Position numbers and translations under genes: made by a program
The notes under the pieces: generated by a model
Told to the model about the DNA's origin: nothing
What the model saw: only the letters and a program-made list of their open reading frames with translations
Database searches by the model: none
Origin: Verrucomicrobiota bacterium
Lineage (GTDB): Bacteria > Verrucomicrobiota > Verrucomicrobiia > Limisphaerales > AAA164-E04
Reading direction: 5' to 3'
NCBI GenBank assembly: GCA_047947115.1
Contig: CP170459.1
Coordinates: 3,552,001-3,616,000, forward strand
DNA length: 64,000 nucleotides
Shown: piece by piece, positions 9,060 to 18,942 of the stretch
How the letters are laid out: each line of letters starts with the position of its first letter
How positions within the stretch are numbered: the first letter of the stretch is position 1

Positions 9060-12000
9060 TCAAACAGTCAGAGGCAGGCTTCGCGAAGCTTTCCAGTCTT
9101 CAATCAATGCCATGACGGCCGGTATGAAGGTCAGCACCAGCACCGCCGAAACCAGTGTGCCTACCCCCAGGGCAATGGCCATGGGGACCAGAAACAGTGC
9201 TTGGATGCTGGTTTCGAAAATCATCGGTCCCAAGCCCAGGAATGTGGTCAGGGCGGTCAGTAAAATGGGGCGAAAACGTCTCTGTGCCGCCAATACGATG
9301 GCGTCAATGGGGGCGTTGCCCGCTTTCAGGAATTGATCCCGCGTCAGTTCCAGCACAAAAGCCCCGTTCACGACCATCCCGCAAAGTGCGATCATGCCAA
9401 AAACACTGAACACACTGAGATCAAATCCCATCACCACATGCCCCATCACTGCTCCGGCCAGACTCCAGGGAAGCATGAGTAGAACGACCAGGGCCTGCAC
9501 ATAACTTCGGAGCAGGGAAGCCATGATGGCATAAATGGCGAACAGAGAAGCCAGCAAACCCCAGGACAGATTGGTCATGGCCTCTCGTTGTTCCCGCTGT
9601 TCGCCTTCAAAGGAGTAGCGCAGTTGGGGGTACCGTTTGAGAATGCGGGGCAGTTCGGATTTGTCGAACGAACCGAGTACCTTGTTGCCTGTCGTGATGC
9701 CGGGAACGACATTGGCGGTGACATTGATGACCCGGGCTCCATCGACTCGGGTGATGCGCGCCGGAGCATCGGTCAGTTCGATTTTGGCGGCCTGTCTCAG
9801 GGGGATTTCTCCGCCGTTTGGGACTCGTATCAGCAGGTTTTCGAGTCCACTCAACGTTCTGCGTTCGTTCTCGGGGAACTTAACCATGACACGGAGTTCC
9901 TCCCGGTCCATGGGCTGTCTCAATGCCTCCGCGCCATAAAAGGCGTGGCGGATCTGGCGGCCCAGTTCCCGGGCGGTGATCCCAAGACTTCTTCCATCGG
10001 GGGTGATCTCGAAATTAAACTGAGGCATCTCGCGGCCAAAACCTTTTCGGACGTCTTCCACGCCGGGGTATTTCCCGATGGCCGCAGCCACCTCGGTGGC
10101 GGCCTGGCGCAGCACTTCGATTTCAGGATGTGAAATCTGGATGTCAATTTCAGCCGATCCTCCGGGACCGAACAGGTAATCAAAGAACACGGATTCCACG
10201 TCCGGCAGCACGGGGAATTCCTCGCGCCAGAGGCGGGCAAACTCGGCGGAGGTCACCTTACGTTCACTCTGGGAGACAAGTCGTACGGACACCTCCCCGC
10301 CATTCGAACCGCGTTCGGCGACGGAAGTGGTGATGCCGATCAGTATGTTATCCTCGCCCAGCTTGTCTATGGTTCTGCGGGCGGCTTCTTCAATTTGAAA
10401 AGCGACTTGGCGTGTGCGATCGGTGGGCGTGCCTGCTGGCATTTCAATTTCAGCCTGTACAAACGGTGTTTCGATGGAGGGCCGAAACATGAAATCAATG
10501 CGTCCACTGAATGTGTATCCCAACACCCCGAGAAAGGCCGCCACGGCAATGGCGCAGGTGAGCATTCGATGTCTGACGACAGTGTGAATCACCGGGCTGT
10601 ACCACCGATCGATCGCGTTATCAATCCGGATTCGCAATCGTGTTTGCCAGGCATGGAATGATTCATAGAGCGCAAAAACGGGTGTTTGGCTTTGATGGGC
10701 CAGATGTGCCGGCAGGATGAATAGACACTCAAGCAAAGAAACCGTGAACACGGCAATCACCACCGCCGGCAACACGTAGAAAAATTGCCCGGTTTCACCT
10801 GGTACGAATAGAAGGGGGAGAAAGGCGATGATGTTGGTGCTGACGGCAAAGATGACAGGTGTGGCCATGAGTCTGACTCCCTTGACGGCGGCTTCCATTC
10901 GACTCATGCCCAGTGACATGTTATGGAAAATTTCCTCGCCAACCACAACCGCATCATCCACGACAATGCCCAGCGTGACAATGAATCCAAACAGGGAAAT
11001 CATGTTGATGCTTGCATCCATGGCAGGCAGGAGAAAGAGCGATCCTAATACCGAAACCGGGATGCCGACCGCCGTCCAGAACGCGACGCGCAGTTCAAGA
11101 AAAAGACCCAACGCCAGCACAACCAGCATGAGACCGAGGGCTCCGTTGGTCATGAGCATGTTGATCCGCTCTTCGTAATCATCAGAGCGATCAAAGGTGA
11201 CCACGATGCCGACCGATTCCGGAAGGTGCTTTTTCTCTTGTTCAATAAACTTTCGGACGGCTTTGGCGACCGTCAGGGGTGATTGCGATTCCGAACTGTA
11301 GACCGCCAGCCACACGGAAGGGCGTCCGTTGAAATAGGATTCGCGCTCTGACTCCTCAAAGTCGTCCTTGACGATGGCCACATCTTTCAGCCGCACTTTG
11401 GTTCCATCGGCTTTGCTGATGATGGGGATGTTTTCAAATTCTCTGGCAACTTCTTTACGTTCCTTCGTTTTCAGAAGGTAATCTCCGGCCGCGGTTTTGA
11501 TGGAGCCGGCGGGAACATCCAATGCGGCATCATCCACTGCTTCGGCAATGTCATTCAAACGAAGTCCCAGGGACCTTAATTTGGCCTGGGGAACTTCAAT
11601 ATGGACTTCGGGTCGGCGGATGCCTCGCAGTTCGACAAGTGAAATCTCCGGAAGCGACAAAAGCTTTTCTTCCATTTGACGCGCAAAGTCCACCAGTCCT
11701 TTTGCGTCCAGAGCACCATAAATCGACAAATACATCACGCCCCGGCGGCGTCCGTTGTCCAGTGCGATGACCGGTGGTTCAACATCGTCCGGAAACAGAT
11801 TGATGCGTTGCACTGCGGCCGTGATCTCCTGCAACCCGCGGTTGCGATCGGATCCCGGGATCAGTTCCGCAATGATGCGTGCGTTTCCTTCGCTGGCGGT
11901 GGCGGTGATTTTGCGAATAATTTCCATCGTCCGCAGTTCGGACTCGATGGGAAGGATGATGGATTGTTCGACTTCCTCCGGGCTTGCGCCACGGTATTCC

Positions 12001-12188
12001 ATCTGGATTTCGACCGCATCCAGGGTGAAGGTGGGGTAGATTTCCTGCCTAATATTGCGCGCCACCAGCAATCCTGTGCAGATGACTGCTATCATGAGCA
12101 GGTTGGCCGCCACATGATTGCGAGCAAACCAGGCGAGGATGCCGGGGTATCCTGACGATTGACTGGCTGATGGCTGGGCGGCGCTCAT
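9060..12188 (-). CDS. RND (AcrB-family) efflux permease
   Basis: WFARNHVAANLLM, YRGASPEEVE, GIVVDDAVVVGE, RRFRPILLT. Confidence 0.95.
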   Translation of the reverse strand: MSAAQPSASQSSGYPGILAWFARNHVAANLLMIAVICTGLLVARNIRQEIYPTFTLDAVEIQMEYRGASPEEVEQSIILPIESELRTMEIIRKITATASEGNARIIAELIPGSDRNRGLQEITAAVQRINLFPDDVEPPVIALDNGRRRGVMYLSIYGALDAKGLVDFARQMEEKLLSLPEISLVELRGIRRPEVHIEVPQAKLRSLGLRLNDIAEAVDDAALDVPAGSIKTAAGDYLLKTKERKEVAREFENIPIISKADGTKVRLKDVAIVKDDFEESERESYFNGRPSVWLAVYSSESQSPLTVAKAVRKFIEQEKKHLPESVGIVVTFDRSDDYEERINMLMTNGALGLMLVVLALGLFLELRVAFWTAVGIPVSVLGSLFLLPAMDASINMISLFGFIVTLGIVVDDAVVVGEEIFHNMSLGMSRMEAAVKGVRLMATPVIFAVSTNIIAFLPLLFVPGETGQFFYVLPAVVIAVFTVSLLECLFILPAHLAHQSQTPVFALYESFHAWQTRLRIRIDNAIDRWYSPVIHTVVRHRMLTCAIAVAAFLGVLGYTFSGRIDFMFRPSIETPFVQAEIEMPAGTPTDRTRQVAFQIEEAARRTIDKLGEDNILIGITTSVAERGSNGGEVSVRLVSQSERKVTSAEFARLWREEFPVLPDVESVFFDYLFGPGGSAEIDIQISHPEIEVLRQAATEVAAAIGKYPGVEDVRKGFGREMPQFNFEITPDGRSLGITARELGRQIRHAFYGAEALRQPMDREELRVMVKFPENERRTLSGLENLLIRVPNGGEIPLRQAAKIELTDAPARITRVDGARVINVTANVVPGITTGNKVLGSFDKSELPRILKRYPQLRYSFEGEQREQREAMTNLSWGLLASLFAIYAIMASLLRSYVQALVVLLMLPWSLAGAVMGHVVMGFDLSVFSVFGMIALCGMVVNGAFVLELTRDQFLKAGNAPIDAIVLAAQRRFRPILLTALTTFLGLGPMIFETSIQALFLVPMAIALGVGTLVSAVLVLTFIPAVMALIEDWKASRSLPLTV

Positions 12189-12194
12189 GATCGC

Positions 12195-13358
12195 TTAATT
12201 CTCTGACTGAGGGTTCAATTCTGTGCCGGGCACAGCGGATTTGAGCGGGCTGGTAATTAATTTGTCTCCCGGTTTCAGGCCGTTGGAAACATAGACCATG
12301 TCATCCATCTGCCAGAACACCTCGACGTCCCGAATCTGCAACTGATCGTTCGTGTCGACAACCCAGAGTTTGTCACCCGATCTGAGTGAAGATTGTTCGA
12401 TGGCCAGGCAATCCTCCAATTCCCCCGCTTCGATATCCACCCGGACATAACTGCCGATGAGCATGGGAATTTGGGTGGGTGATGGAGCATCCATGGCCTC
12501 ATTTTGAAAGGACACGATCAGCCGCGCCATTCGGCCTTCACGTTCCAGGTCTCCACGCAGTCCGATGACCTTGCCGTTTTTGAGGAACTGCTTTTTGCCT
12601 CCCGATTCATGATAAATGCTCGCTCTGGAACCTTCGTTTTCATCCGACGGAAGACGGATATGTTTGATTTGGTCCACGGGGAGTGAAACCTGAATCCAGA
12701 GTTCATCCGCACCGATCAAGATTGCAGCAGAAAATCCAGGGTCGATGCGTTGCCCCATATCCACGTCTTCATCGAGCACGATGGCGTTGAACGGGGCATA
12801 GAGGCTGTGTCGTTTCAGCATCTCCTCCGAGCGTTGCAGGCCGGCCTTGAGTCTTGCCAGTTCAGCATCCTGAAGCAGGGTTTCGGATTCGAGCATGGCC
12901 AGTTCCGTGTCGGGAATCAGGGAATCGTTGGCCAGGCGTTTGGCTTCGGCGAGCTTTCGTTGTGCTTCCTGGAGGTTGACCGTGGCGCGCGCGACGGCGG
13001 ACTTGGATTCCTGCAATGATATATCGGCGAGCGTGGGATCGATGGCAAAGAGTTCTTCGCCCTTGGCAACGCGTCCCCCGGGAGTCAGTTTGGGGTGGTG
13101 GCGGATGACGAGACCGGTGACTTCCGGTTCAATCGTGACCCGCTTGGCCGGCACGATGCTGCCGTAGGCTGAGACAAAGACGGGGTAGCGATCAGGGCGA
13201 ACTTCTCTTACCTTGACTATTTTTGCTACCGGAGTTTCTTCCTCGGTGGTGACTTGCGGACCTGTTTTGAACAGAAAATAGCTCAGGCAAACACCTCCTG
13301 CCAGTATGAGACATGTCAGGAAAACGCTGGACTTGCTTTGTGAGGAGCTTCGGGTCAT
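12195..13358 (-). CDS. RND periplasmic adaptor (MFP)
   Basis: N-terminal TM; PEVTG, GGRVAKGEELFAID and LYAPFNA motifs; directly upstream of an RND gene. Confidence 0.9.
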   Translation of the reverse strand: MTRSSSQSKSSVFLTCLILAGGVCLSYFLFKTGPQVTTEEETPVAKIVKVREVRPDRYPVFVSAYGSIVPAKRVTIEPEVTGLVIRHHPKLTPGGRVAKGEELFAIDPTLADISLQESKSAVARATVNLQEAQRKLAEAKRLANDSLIPDTELAMLESETLLQDAELARLKAGLQRSEEMLKRHSLYAPFNAIVLDEDVDMGQRIDPGFSAAILIGADELWIQVSLPVDQIKHIRLPSDENEGSRASIYHESGGKKQFLKNGKVIGLRGDLEREGRMARLIVSFQNEAMDAPSPTQIPMLIGSYVRVDIEAGELEDCLAIEQSSLRSGDKLWVVDTNDQLQIRDVEVFWQMDDMVYVSNGLKPGDKLITSPLKSAVPGTELNPQSEN

Positions 13359-14887
13359 GGCGCCTTGTTGAATGATTCCGCCAGCGCCACCGCCTTGAGC
13401 ATGGCCTTGGATTTATTGACTGTTTCCTGGTACTCGCTCTCCGGCACGGAGTCACTCACCCAGCCGCCACCCGCCTGCACATAAACTTTTTGGTCTTTGA
13501 TCAGGGCGGTGCGAATGGTGATGCAGCAATCCAGGTTGCCATTGAATGAAAAATACCCAACGCACCCTCCGTAGGGACCGCGGGCGGTTTGTTCCATCTC
13601 GGAGATGATCTGCATGGCGCGGATCTTTGGGGCACCGCTCAATGTGCCGGCAGGGAAAGTGGCACGGATCAGGTCATAGGGTGTTTTGCCTTCCGTTAAA
13701 TGACCTTCAACCTGCGAAACGATGTGCATGACATGGCTGTATCGTTCGATGATCATGAGGTCTTTGACTTCTACGGAACTGAAGTCGCATACCCGGCCAA
13801 TGTCATTACGGGCAAGATCGACCAGCATGACGTGTTCGGCTCGTTCTTTGGGATCGGCCAGCAGGTCCCGTTCGTTTTCGAGATCCTGCTTGCGGTTGGC
13901 TCCTCTTGGGCGGGTACCGGCTATCGGACGAATTTCCACTCGGCGTTCCTCGCAGCGAACATGGATTTCCGGTGAGGCGCCCACCAGGGAGAATCCTTCC
14001 AGTTCGAGCAGGAACATGTAGGGTGACGGGTTGATCGAGCGGGCCGCGCGGTATACATCCAGCGGCGATGCCTGGATCGGTGCGGAGAATCGCTGGGAAC
14101 CGACGACCTGGATGATGTCCCCAGCATTGATGTATTGCTTGGCTTTCTCCACGTTTTGCAGAAAACGATCCTTCTCCATGTTTGATTCAAAGGAAGTCGG
14201 TTCGGGCGCTTTCAGGAAAGCGGCCGGTTCATATTGGCATGGTTGCTCCAGCAGCGAAAGGAGGCGTTCGATTTCCTGACAGGCGTCCTCGTATTCCGAC
14301 AGGGCGTTTTGCGGATGTTTGACGTAGGCGTTGACGATCACTGTGATGGTCTGCGACACCCTATCAAAGACAAGCAACTGATCCGCGATGAGGAAATACA
14401 TCGTGGGAGTGTTGAGTTCGTCCTTGGGAGGGCGGGGGACCACGGGCTCGACATCATGGATGAACTCGTATCCCACAAAACCAACCGCTCCTCCTGAAAA
14501 ACGAACATCGGATTCGTCGGTCTGCACGGGATTGAATTGGGCAAGCGTCTTTTGAACTGCCTCCAAACCGTCTCGAACTTCCCCTTCGCCGGGGGTTGCC
14601 AGGGCTCCGACCACTTTGTAGCTCTGGATGGTTCTGCCGCCTTCCATGACTTCCACCTTGTCCCCTGTTTGACGGATGATGGATCTTGGGTTGCACCCCA
14701 CAAAGGAGTATCGACCGATGTGTTCCCCGCCTTCGACCGATTCGAAAAGGAAGGATTCGCCTTGTCCACGTAGCTTTTGGTAGGCCGATACAGGTGTGTC
14801 GAAATCTGCCAGCACGGTTCGCGTCACCGGGATCAGGTTCCCTTTCCCTGCCAGATCAATAAATGCCTTTGTGTCCGGATAAAACAT
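13355..14887 (-). CDS. trpE: Anthranilate synthase component I
   Basis: FLFESVEGG (Trp-feedback LLES-type motif), NPSPYM, PIAGTRPRG, KERAEHVMLVDLARND, FPAGTLSGAPKIRAM. Confidence 0.93.
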   Translation of the reverse strand: MFYPDTKAFIDLAGKGNLIPVTRTVLADFDTPVSAYQKLRGQGESFLFESVEGGEHIGRYSFVGCNPRSIIRQTGDKVEVMEGGRTIQSYKVVGALATPGEGEVRDGLEAVQKTLAQFNPVQTDESDVRFSGGAVGFVGYEFIHDVEPVVPRPPKDELNTPTMYFLIADQLLVFDRVSQTITVIVNAYVKHPQNALSEYEDACQEIERLLSLLEQPCQYEPAAFLKAPEPTSFESNMEKDRFLQNVEKAKQYINAGDIIQVVGSQRFSAPIQASPLDVYRAARSINPSPYMFLLELEGFSLVGASPEIHVRCEERRVEIRPIAGTRPRGANRKQDLENERDLLADPKERAEHVMLVDLARNDIGRVCDFSSVEVKDLMIIERYSHVMHIVSQVEGHLTEGKTPYDLIRATFPAGTLSGAPKIRAMQIISEMEQTARGPYGGCVGYFSFNGNLDCCITIRTALIKDQKVYVQAGGGWVSDSVPESEYQETVNKSKAMLKAVALAESFNKAP

Positions 14888-15036
14888 TGTTTGCGACAGT
14901 TAATCGACAAATTTGCTCAACATCCAGCAGTAAAATTCGAAAGGTGAGACTTCTTGCTGGACCTTGATACGAGGTTTGAACGCTTGATTCCCTTTTCGCG
15001 TCGTAATCTTGGCAGGGTTTATGTAAAAGGAATAAT

Positions 15037-15927
15037 ATGAGCAAAGCTTCCATAGTCGTTTTATTTGATGAACGATGTGCATTGTACTCCATGCCCGGAC
15101 ACCCCGAACGTCCCTTCCGGGTCACCAGCACGGCGGAACGCTTGAAGAAACAGCAACATCTTGCTTTGGATTGGAGGAAACCAAACGAAGCGACGGTGGA
15201 AGCACTTCAGCGGGCACATGCGAAGGGGCATGTGGAACACGTGCGTGATGCCACTTCCGATTTTGATGGGGATACTCCTTGTTATCCAGATATTTATCAT
15301 CACGCCTTAAGGGCGTCCGGTGCCGCGTTGGATGCCATGAGATTGGCGTTGAAAGGGGAGTCAGCCTTTAGCCTGATGCGTCCGCCGGGGCACCATGCGA
15401 TGCGGGAGAGGGCCATGGGTTTCTGTTACTTCAGTTCGATGGCTGTGGCTACGTTGGAGGCCGCGCAGGTTCATGGGAAGCGAGTGGCGGTGCTGGATTT
15501 TGATGTGCATCATGGCAATGGGACGGAGGATGTTCTGCTTCGCAAGGAGAACGTGATGTTTGCTTCCATACACCAATCACCATGCTATCCGGGTACCGGG
15601 CGGGAGCATCGTCCTCCGAATGTGCGGAATTATCCTGTTCCCCCGGAAACACCTCCGCAACGTTATCGTGAATACATCGAGGCTGCCTTGCGGGACATCC
15701 GGGGTTTTAAACCGGATTTGCTGGGAGTGTCGGCGGGGTTTGATGCATACGTGGGCGACCCCATAGCCCAGGAGCGGCTTGAGATCGAGGATTTTGAGTG
15801 GATCGGCCGAAGGGTTGCCGAGTTGAAGGTGCCCGCCTTTCATTTGCTGGAGGGGGGATACAGTGACCGCTTATCCGAGTTGGTGGAGTCTTATTTGTAT
15901 GGGCTTCATGGCGTATCTGTTGGATAA
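15037..15927 (+). CDS. Histone deacetylase-family (Zn-dependent) amidohydrolase
   Basis: HPERP, RPPGHH, GFC, DFDVHHGNGT, SAGFD and LEGGY are all intact. Confidence 0.93.
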   Translation: MSKASIVVLFDERCALYSMPGHPERPFRVTSTAERLKKQQHLALDWRKPNEATVEALQRAHAKGHVEHVRDATSDFDGDTPCYPDIYHHALRASGAALDAMRLALKGESAFSLMRPPGHHAMRERAMGFCYFSSMAVATLEAAQVHGKRVAVLDFDVHHGNGTEDVLLRKENVMFASIHQSPCYPGTGREHRPPNVRNYPVPPETPPQRYREYIEAALRDIRGFKPDLLGVSAGFDAYVGDPIAQERLEIEDFEWIGRRVAELKVPAFHLLEGGYSDRLSELVESYLYGLHGVSVG

Positions 15928-16034
15928 ATGTAACAGAGTGGATGCCGTTTTGAACAATAGAAACAGTTACTTTTCCAAGCAAGATAGCCTTGCCAAGACG
16001 GATCGCTTGGTTTCTTCTAGTTACATTATCAGTT

Positions 16035-18917
16035 ATGGATGAGCCAGAATCAACGCCCATGAGTTATGTACAGCGGTTGCTACCTTGTGTTTTGGGAGCG
16101 GTTTCGCTGGTGCTTTTTTTCCTGACGATGAGCCATTCGGCGACCTTTGCCAGTTTGTCGGAAGTTGGAAAAGTGACCGGTTGGGATTGGTCACCCAAGG
16201 TCAACGGGCCCGTCTTCTATCTGCTGACCTTGCCCGTCACCTTTTTGGCCGAAGGCTCCAGAATGTTTGCCATGAACGCTCTGACAGTGGTGCTGGCCGC
16301 GCTCACCTTATTCAATCTGGCCAGGTCGGTTTCCCTGTTGCCGCATGATCGAACCAGAGATCAGCGGATTCGTGAGCAGAGCGATTTTTCACTCTTGAGC
16401 ATTCCTCTGGCCTGGGTGCCCCCGGTGTTCGCCGTTTTGGTTTGTGGTTTGCAACTCAGTTTCTGGGAGCATGCAACTGCGGCAACAGGTCAGATGATTG
16501 ATTTGCTGATGTTTGCCTACTTGATCCGATGTTTGTTGGAATATCGTATTGGCGAAGAAGAGAAATGGATGACCCGTTTTGCCCTTGTTTATGGGATTTC
16601 CATCACCAACAACTGGGCAATGATCGGCTATTTTCCCCTGTTTTTGGGGGCGCTTATCTGGATCAAGGGATTAAGCTTTTTCAACGGACGATTTCTGTTG
16701 AAGTCTGCCGGTTTGGTATTGCTTGGATTGTTGCTTTATTTTCTCCTTCCTTTGGTGGTCTCTTCGCAGCATCCGGAATCCGCCGGTATGATGGATTTTT
16801 TGAAACTCCAACTCGGAAATCAGAAGGCCATCATCGTCGGGTTCAGGAAGAATGTCGTGATGGTGCTTGCATTGACCTCGATCATTCCGGTCATGGCTAT
16901 TGGAGTCAGGTGGCCTTCTTCCTTCGGGGACACGAGTGCCGCCGGAGCCATGCTGACCAATTTCATGTTCCGACTCATTCACTTGGTTTTTCTGGCCGCC
17001 TGCCTATGGGTGGCTTTTGATCCTCCTTTCAGTCCGCGAGTTCGAGGCTTTGGGGTGCCTTTCCTGTCCTTCTATTATCTGGGAGCTCTTGCTGTGGGAT
17101 ATTACAGTGGATATGCACTGCTGGTGTTCAATGATGCCGCATTGCGCAGTCGGTCGCGCCGAAACCATTCAAAGGGCGGCGGGAAACTTGCTGGAATGCT
17201 TGGCCAGGGTCTCGTTTTGTTGACGGCTGTCGGCGTTCCTGCTGGTTTGGTTTTCAAGAATTATCCATCCATCCGTCTGACGAACAGCGACCTGCTGCCT
17301 CGATTCGCCAACGCAATGCTGAGTGGGATTCCCAAGGAAAAATCTTTTCTCATCACCGATACCGGCATGAGAGCGCTTCTGGTTAAAATGGGGCTTTCAT
17401 TGGACGCGGAGCGTAACGCCGGCAATTATACCGTGGTGGACACTTCGGTGCTGTCCAATGGGTTTTATCGAAACCACATTCGCAAGACCATTCTTAGAGA
17501 TTGGGGACAGGTCGTGGCTGCCGATAAAATTCCTGAGCAAATCAATATCGGATCTGTGATGAATGTAGTGGCTCTGATCTACCGTGATTATCCAATCTAC
17601 TATCTGCAAACCAGTTTTGGTGCATACTTCGAATACGTTTACCCGGAAAGCAAGGGTCTTGTCATGCAGTTGAATGCCTATGAAAGTGACAGTCCCAGTC
17701 CTTTCCCTCCAGCCATGACCGCTGGCAAACTGGATGCCACCGAGGCCTTCTGGAGCGGGTTGGATCAAGCGTTTGCCGATCTGATAGATGGTGTGCGCAT
17801 GGAGGTGCCTGATTGCAAGGCTTTGGGCCAGATGATAGGGCGGGAACGGAATAATTGGGGGATCACCTTGCAGCAGCACGGACGGCTTGAGGAAGCCAAA
17901 GCCAGCTTTGAAAAAGCGGCGGTTTACGCTCCGGACATTATGACACCCGAACTGAATTTGATGTCCAATGCCAAGCTGCAGGCTGGTGACAAAGTTGTCG
18001 GTCTGGTGTCGGATCAGCAATGGGAGGATTGGATCAACAAATTCAGATCCATCGATGGTCTTGTCAGCGTCAACGGAGAACTTGATGAACCTCGTTATCA
18101 GTATGATTTGGGCGCTCAGTTTTTTACGGGAGGTAATTACCGGCAAGCTGCGTTGCGATTCAAACGTTCGGTTGAGCTGGATCCGGACAACCTGACTTAT
18201 CGGTTTGCCGAGGCCAATGCCCTCCTGAATCTGGCTTACCCGGACATCCTGTTGCAGGTGCTGGATGCATTGGAAGAAACGTCCCTGCCTTTGGACGAAT
18301 CACAGGAGGCCGAGGTCACACGCCTGACCGCATTGGCTCACTACGGAAAGGGAAATCGATACTTCACCATCAAAAATGATGAAGAGGGGAAAAAGGAGTT
18401 CGAACTTGCAGAGGGATTATTGAAAAAAGCGATGGTAAACTTTCCCCGGTCTGAGGCCATTGTCGAGACCTTGGCTCAGGTCTATTTCTTTACCGAACGC
18501 TACGACGAGGCTGTTGCCATGTGTGACAAACATCTGAAACTGAATAACCATTCAGTCAGTGCGCGCCAGACCAAGTCCGTTTCTCTTATGCGATCGGGCA
18601 ATTTTGCGGACGCTGTCACCACCTTGAACGAAGCTTTGGAAAAAAATCCTTCCAATTTCATCGCCTTGCAGAACAGGGCAATCTGTTATCTCCAGCTGAA
18701 ACAACTGGAGGAATCACTGGCGGATTATCAAGCACTGGATGCTGCATATCCTGATGAGCACCCTGCCATTCACTACGGTCTGGCCGAGATCGCCCGCCAG
18801 CAGGGAAGGAAGAATGAGGCTATCGCCCGCTTTGAGGCTTATTTGAAACTGGCACCCGCCGGTACTGCAGAATACGAAAAAGTCACCCAACTGTTGTCGG
18901 AATTGAAATCCCAGTAG
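16035..18917 (+). CDS. Multi-TM DUF2723/TMEM260-like (GT-C type) membrane protein with C-terminal TPR repeats
   Basis: About 11-13 hydrophobic segments with FWEHATAAT..MIDLL and YGISITNN matching the DUF2723 pattern; TPR-like helices in the last ~350 aa. Start placed at ATG 16035 rather than TTG 15990. Confidence 0.7.
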   Translation: MDEPESTPMSYVQRLLPCVLGAVSLVLFFLTMSHSATFASLSEVGKVTGWDWSPKVNGPVFYLLTLPVTFLAEGSRMFAMNALTVVLAALTLFNLARSVSLLPHDRTRDQRIREQSDFSLLSIPLAWVPPVFAVLVCGLQLSFWEHATAATGQMIDLLMFAYLIRCLLEYRIGEEEKWMTRFALVYGISITNNWAMIGYFPLFLGALIWIKGLSFFNGRFLLKSAGLVLLGLLLYFLLPLVVSSQHPESAGMMDFLKLQLGNQKAIIVGFRKNVVMVLALTSIIPVMAIGVRWPSSFGDTSAAGAMLTNFMFRLIHLVFLAACLWVAFDPPFSPRVRGFGVPFLSFYYLGALAVGYYSGYALLVFNDAALRSRSRRNHSKGGGKLAGMLGQGLVLLTAVGVPAGLVFKNYPSIRLTNSDLLPRFANAMLSGIPKEKSFLITDTGMRALLVKMGLSLDAERNAGNYTVVDTSVLSNGFYRNHIRKTILRDWGQVVAADKIPEQINIGSVMNVVALIYRDYPIYYLQTSFGAYFEYVYPESKGLVMQLNAYESDSPSPFPPAMTAGKLDATEAFWSGLDQAFADLIDGVRMEVPDCKALGQMIGRERNNWGITLQQHGRLEEAKASFEKAAVYAPDIMTPELNLMSNAKLQAGDKVVGLVSDQQWEDWINKFRSIDGLVSVNGELDEPRYQYDLGAQFFTGGNYRQAALRFKRSVELDPDNLTYRFAEANALLNLAYPDILLQVLDALEETSLPLDESQEAEVTRLTALAHYGKGNRYFTIKNDEEGKKEFELAEGLLKKAMVNFPRSEAIVETLAQVYFFTERYDEAVAMCDKHLKLNNHSVSARQTKSVSLMRSGNFADAVTTLNEALEKNPSNFIALQNRAICYLQLKQLEESLADYQALDAAYPDEHPAIHYGLAEIARQQGRKNEAIARFEAYLKLAPAGTAEYEKVTQLLSELKSQ

Positions 18918-18942
18918 TTCAAGTGATCGATTTGTTGTTCGA

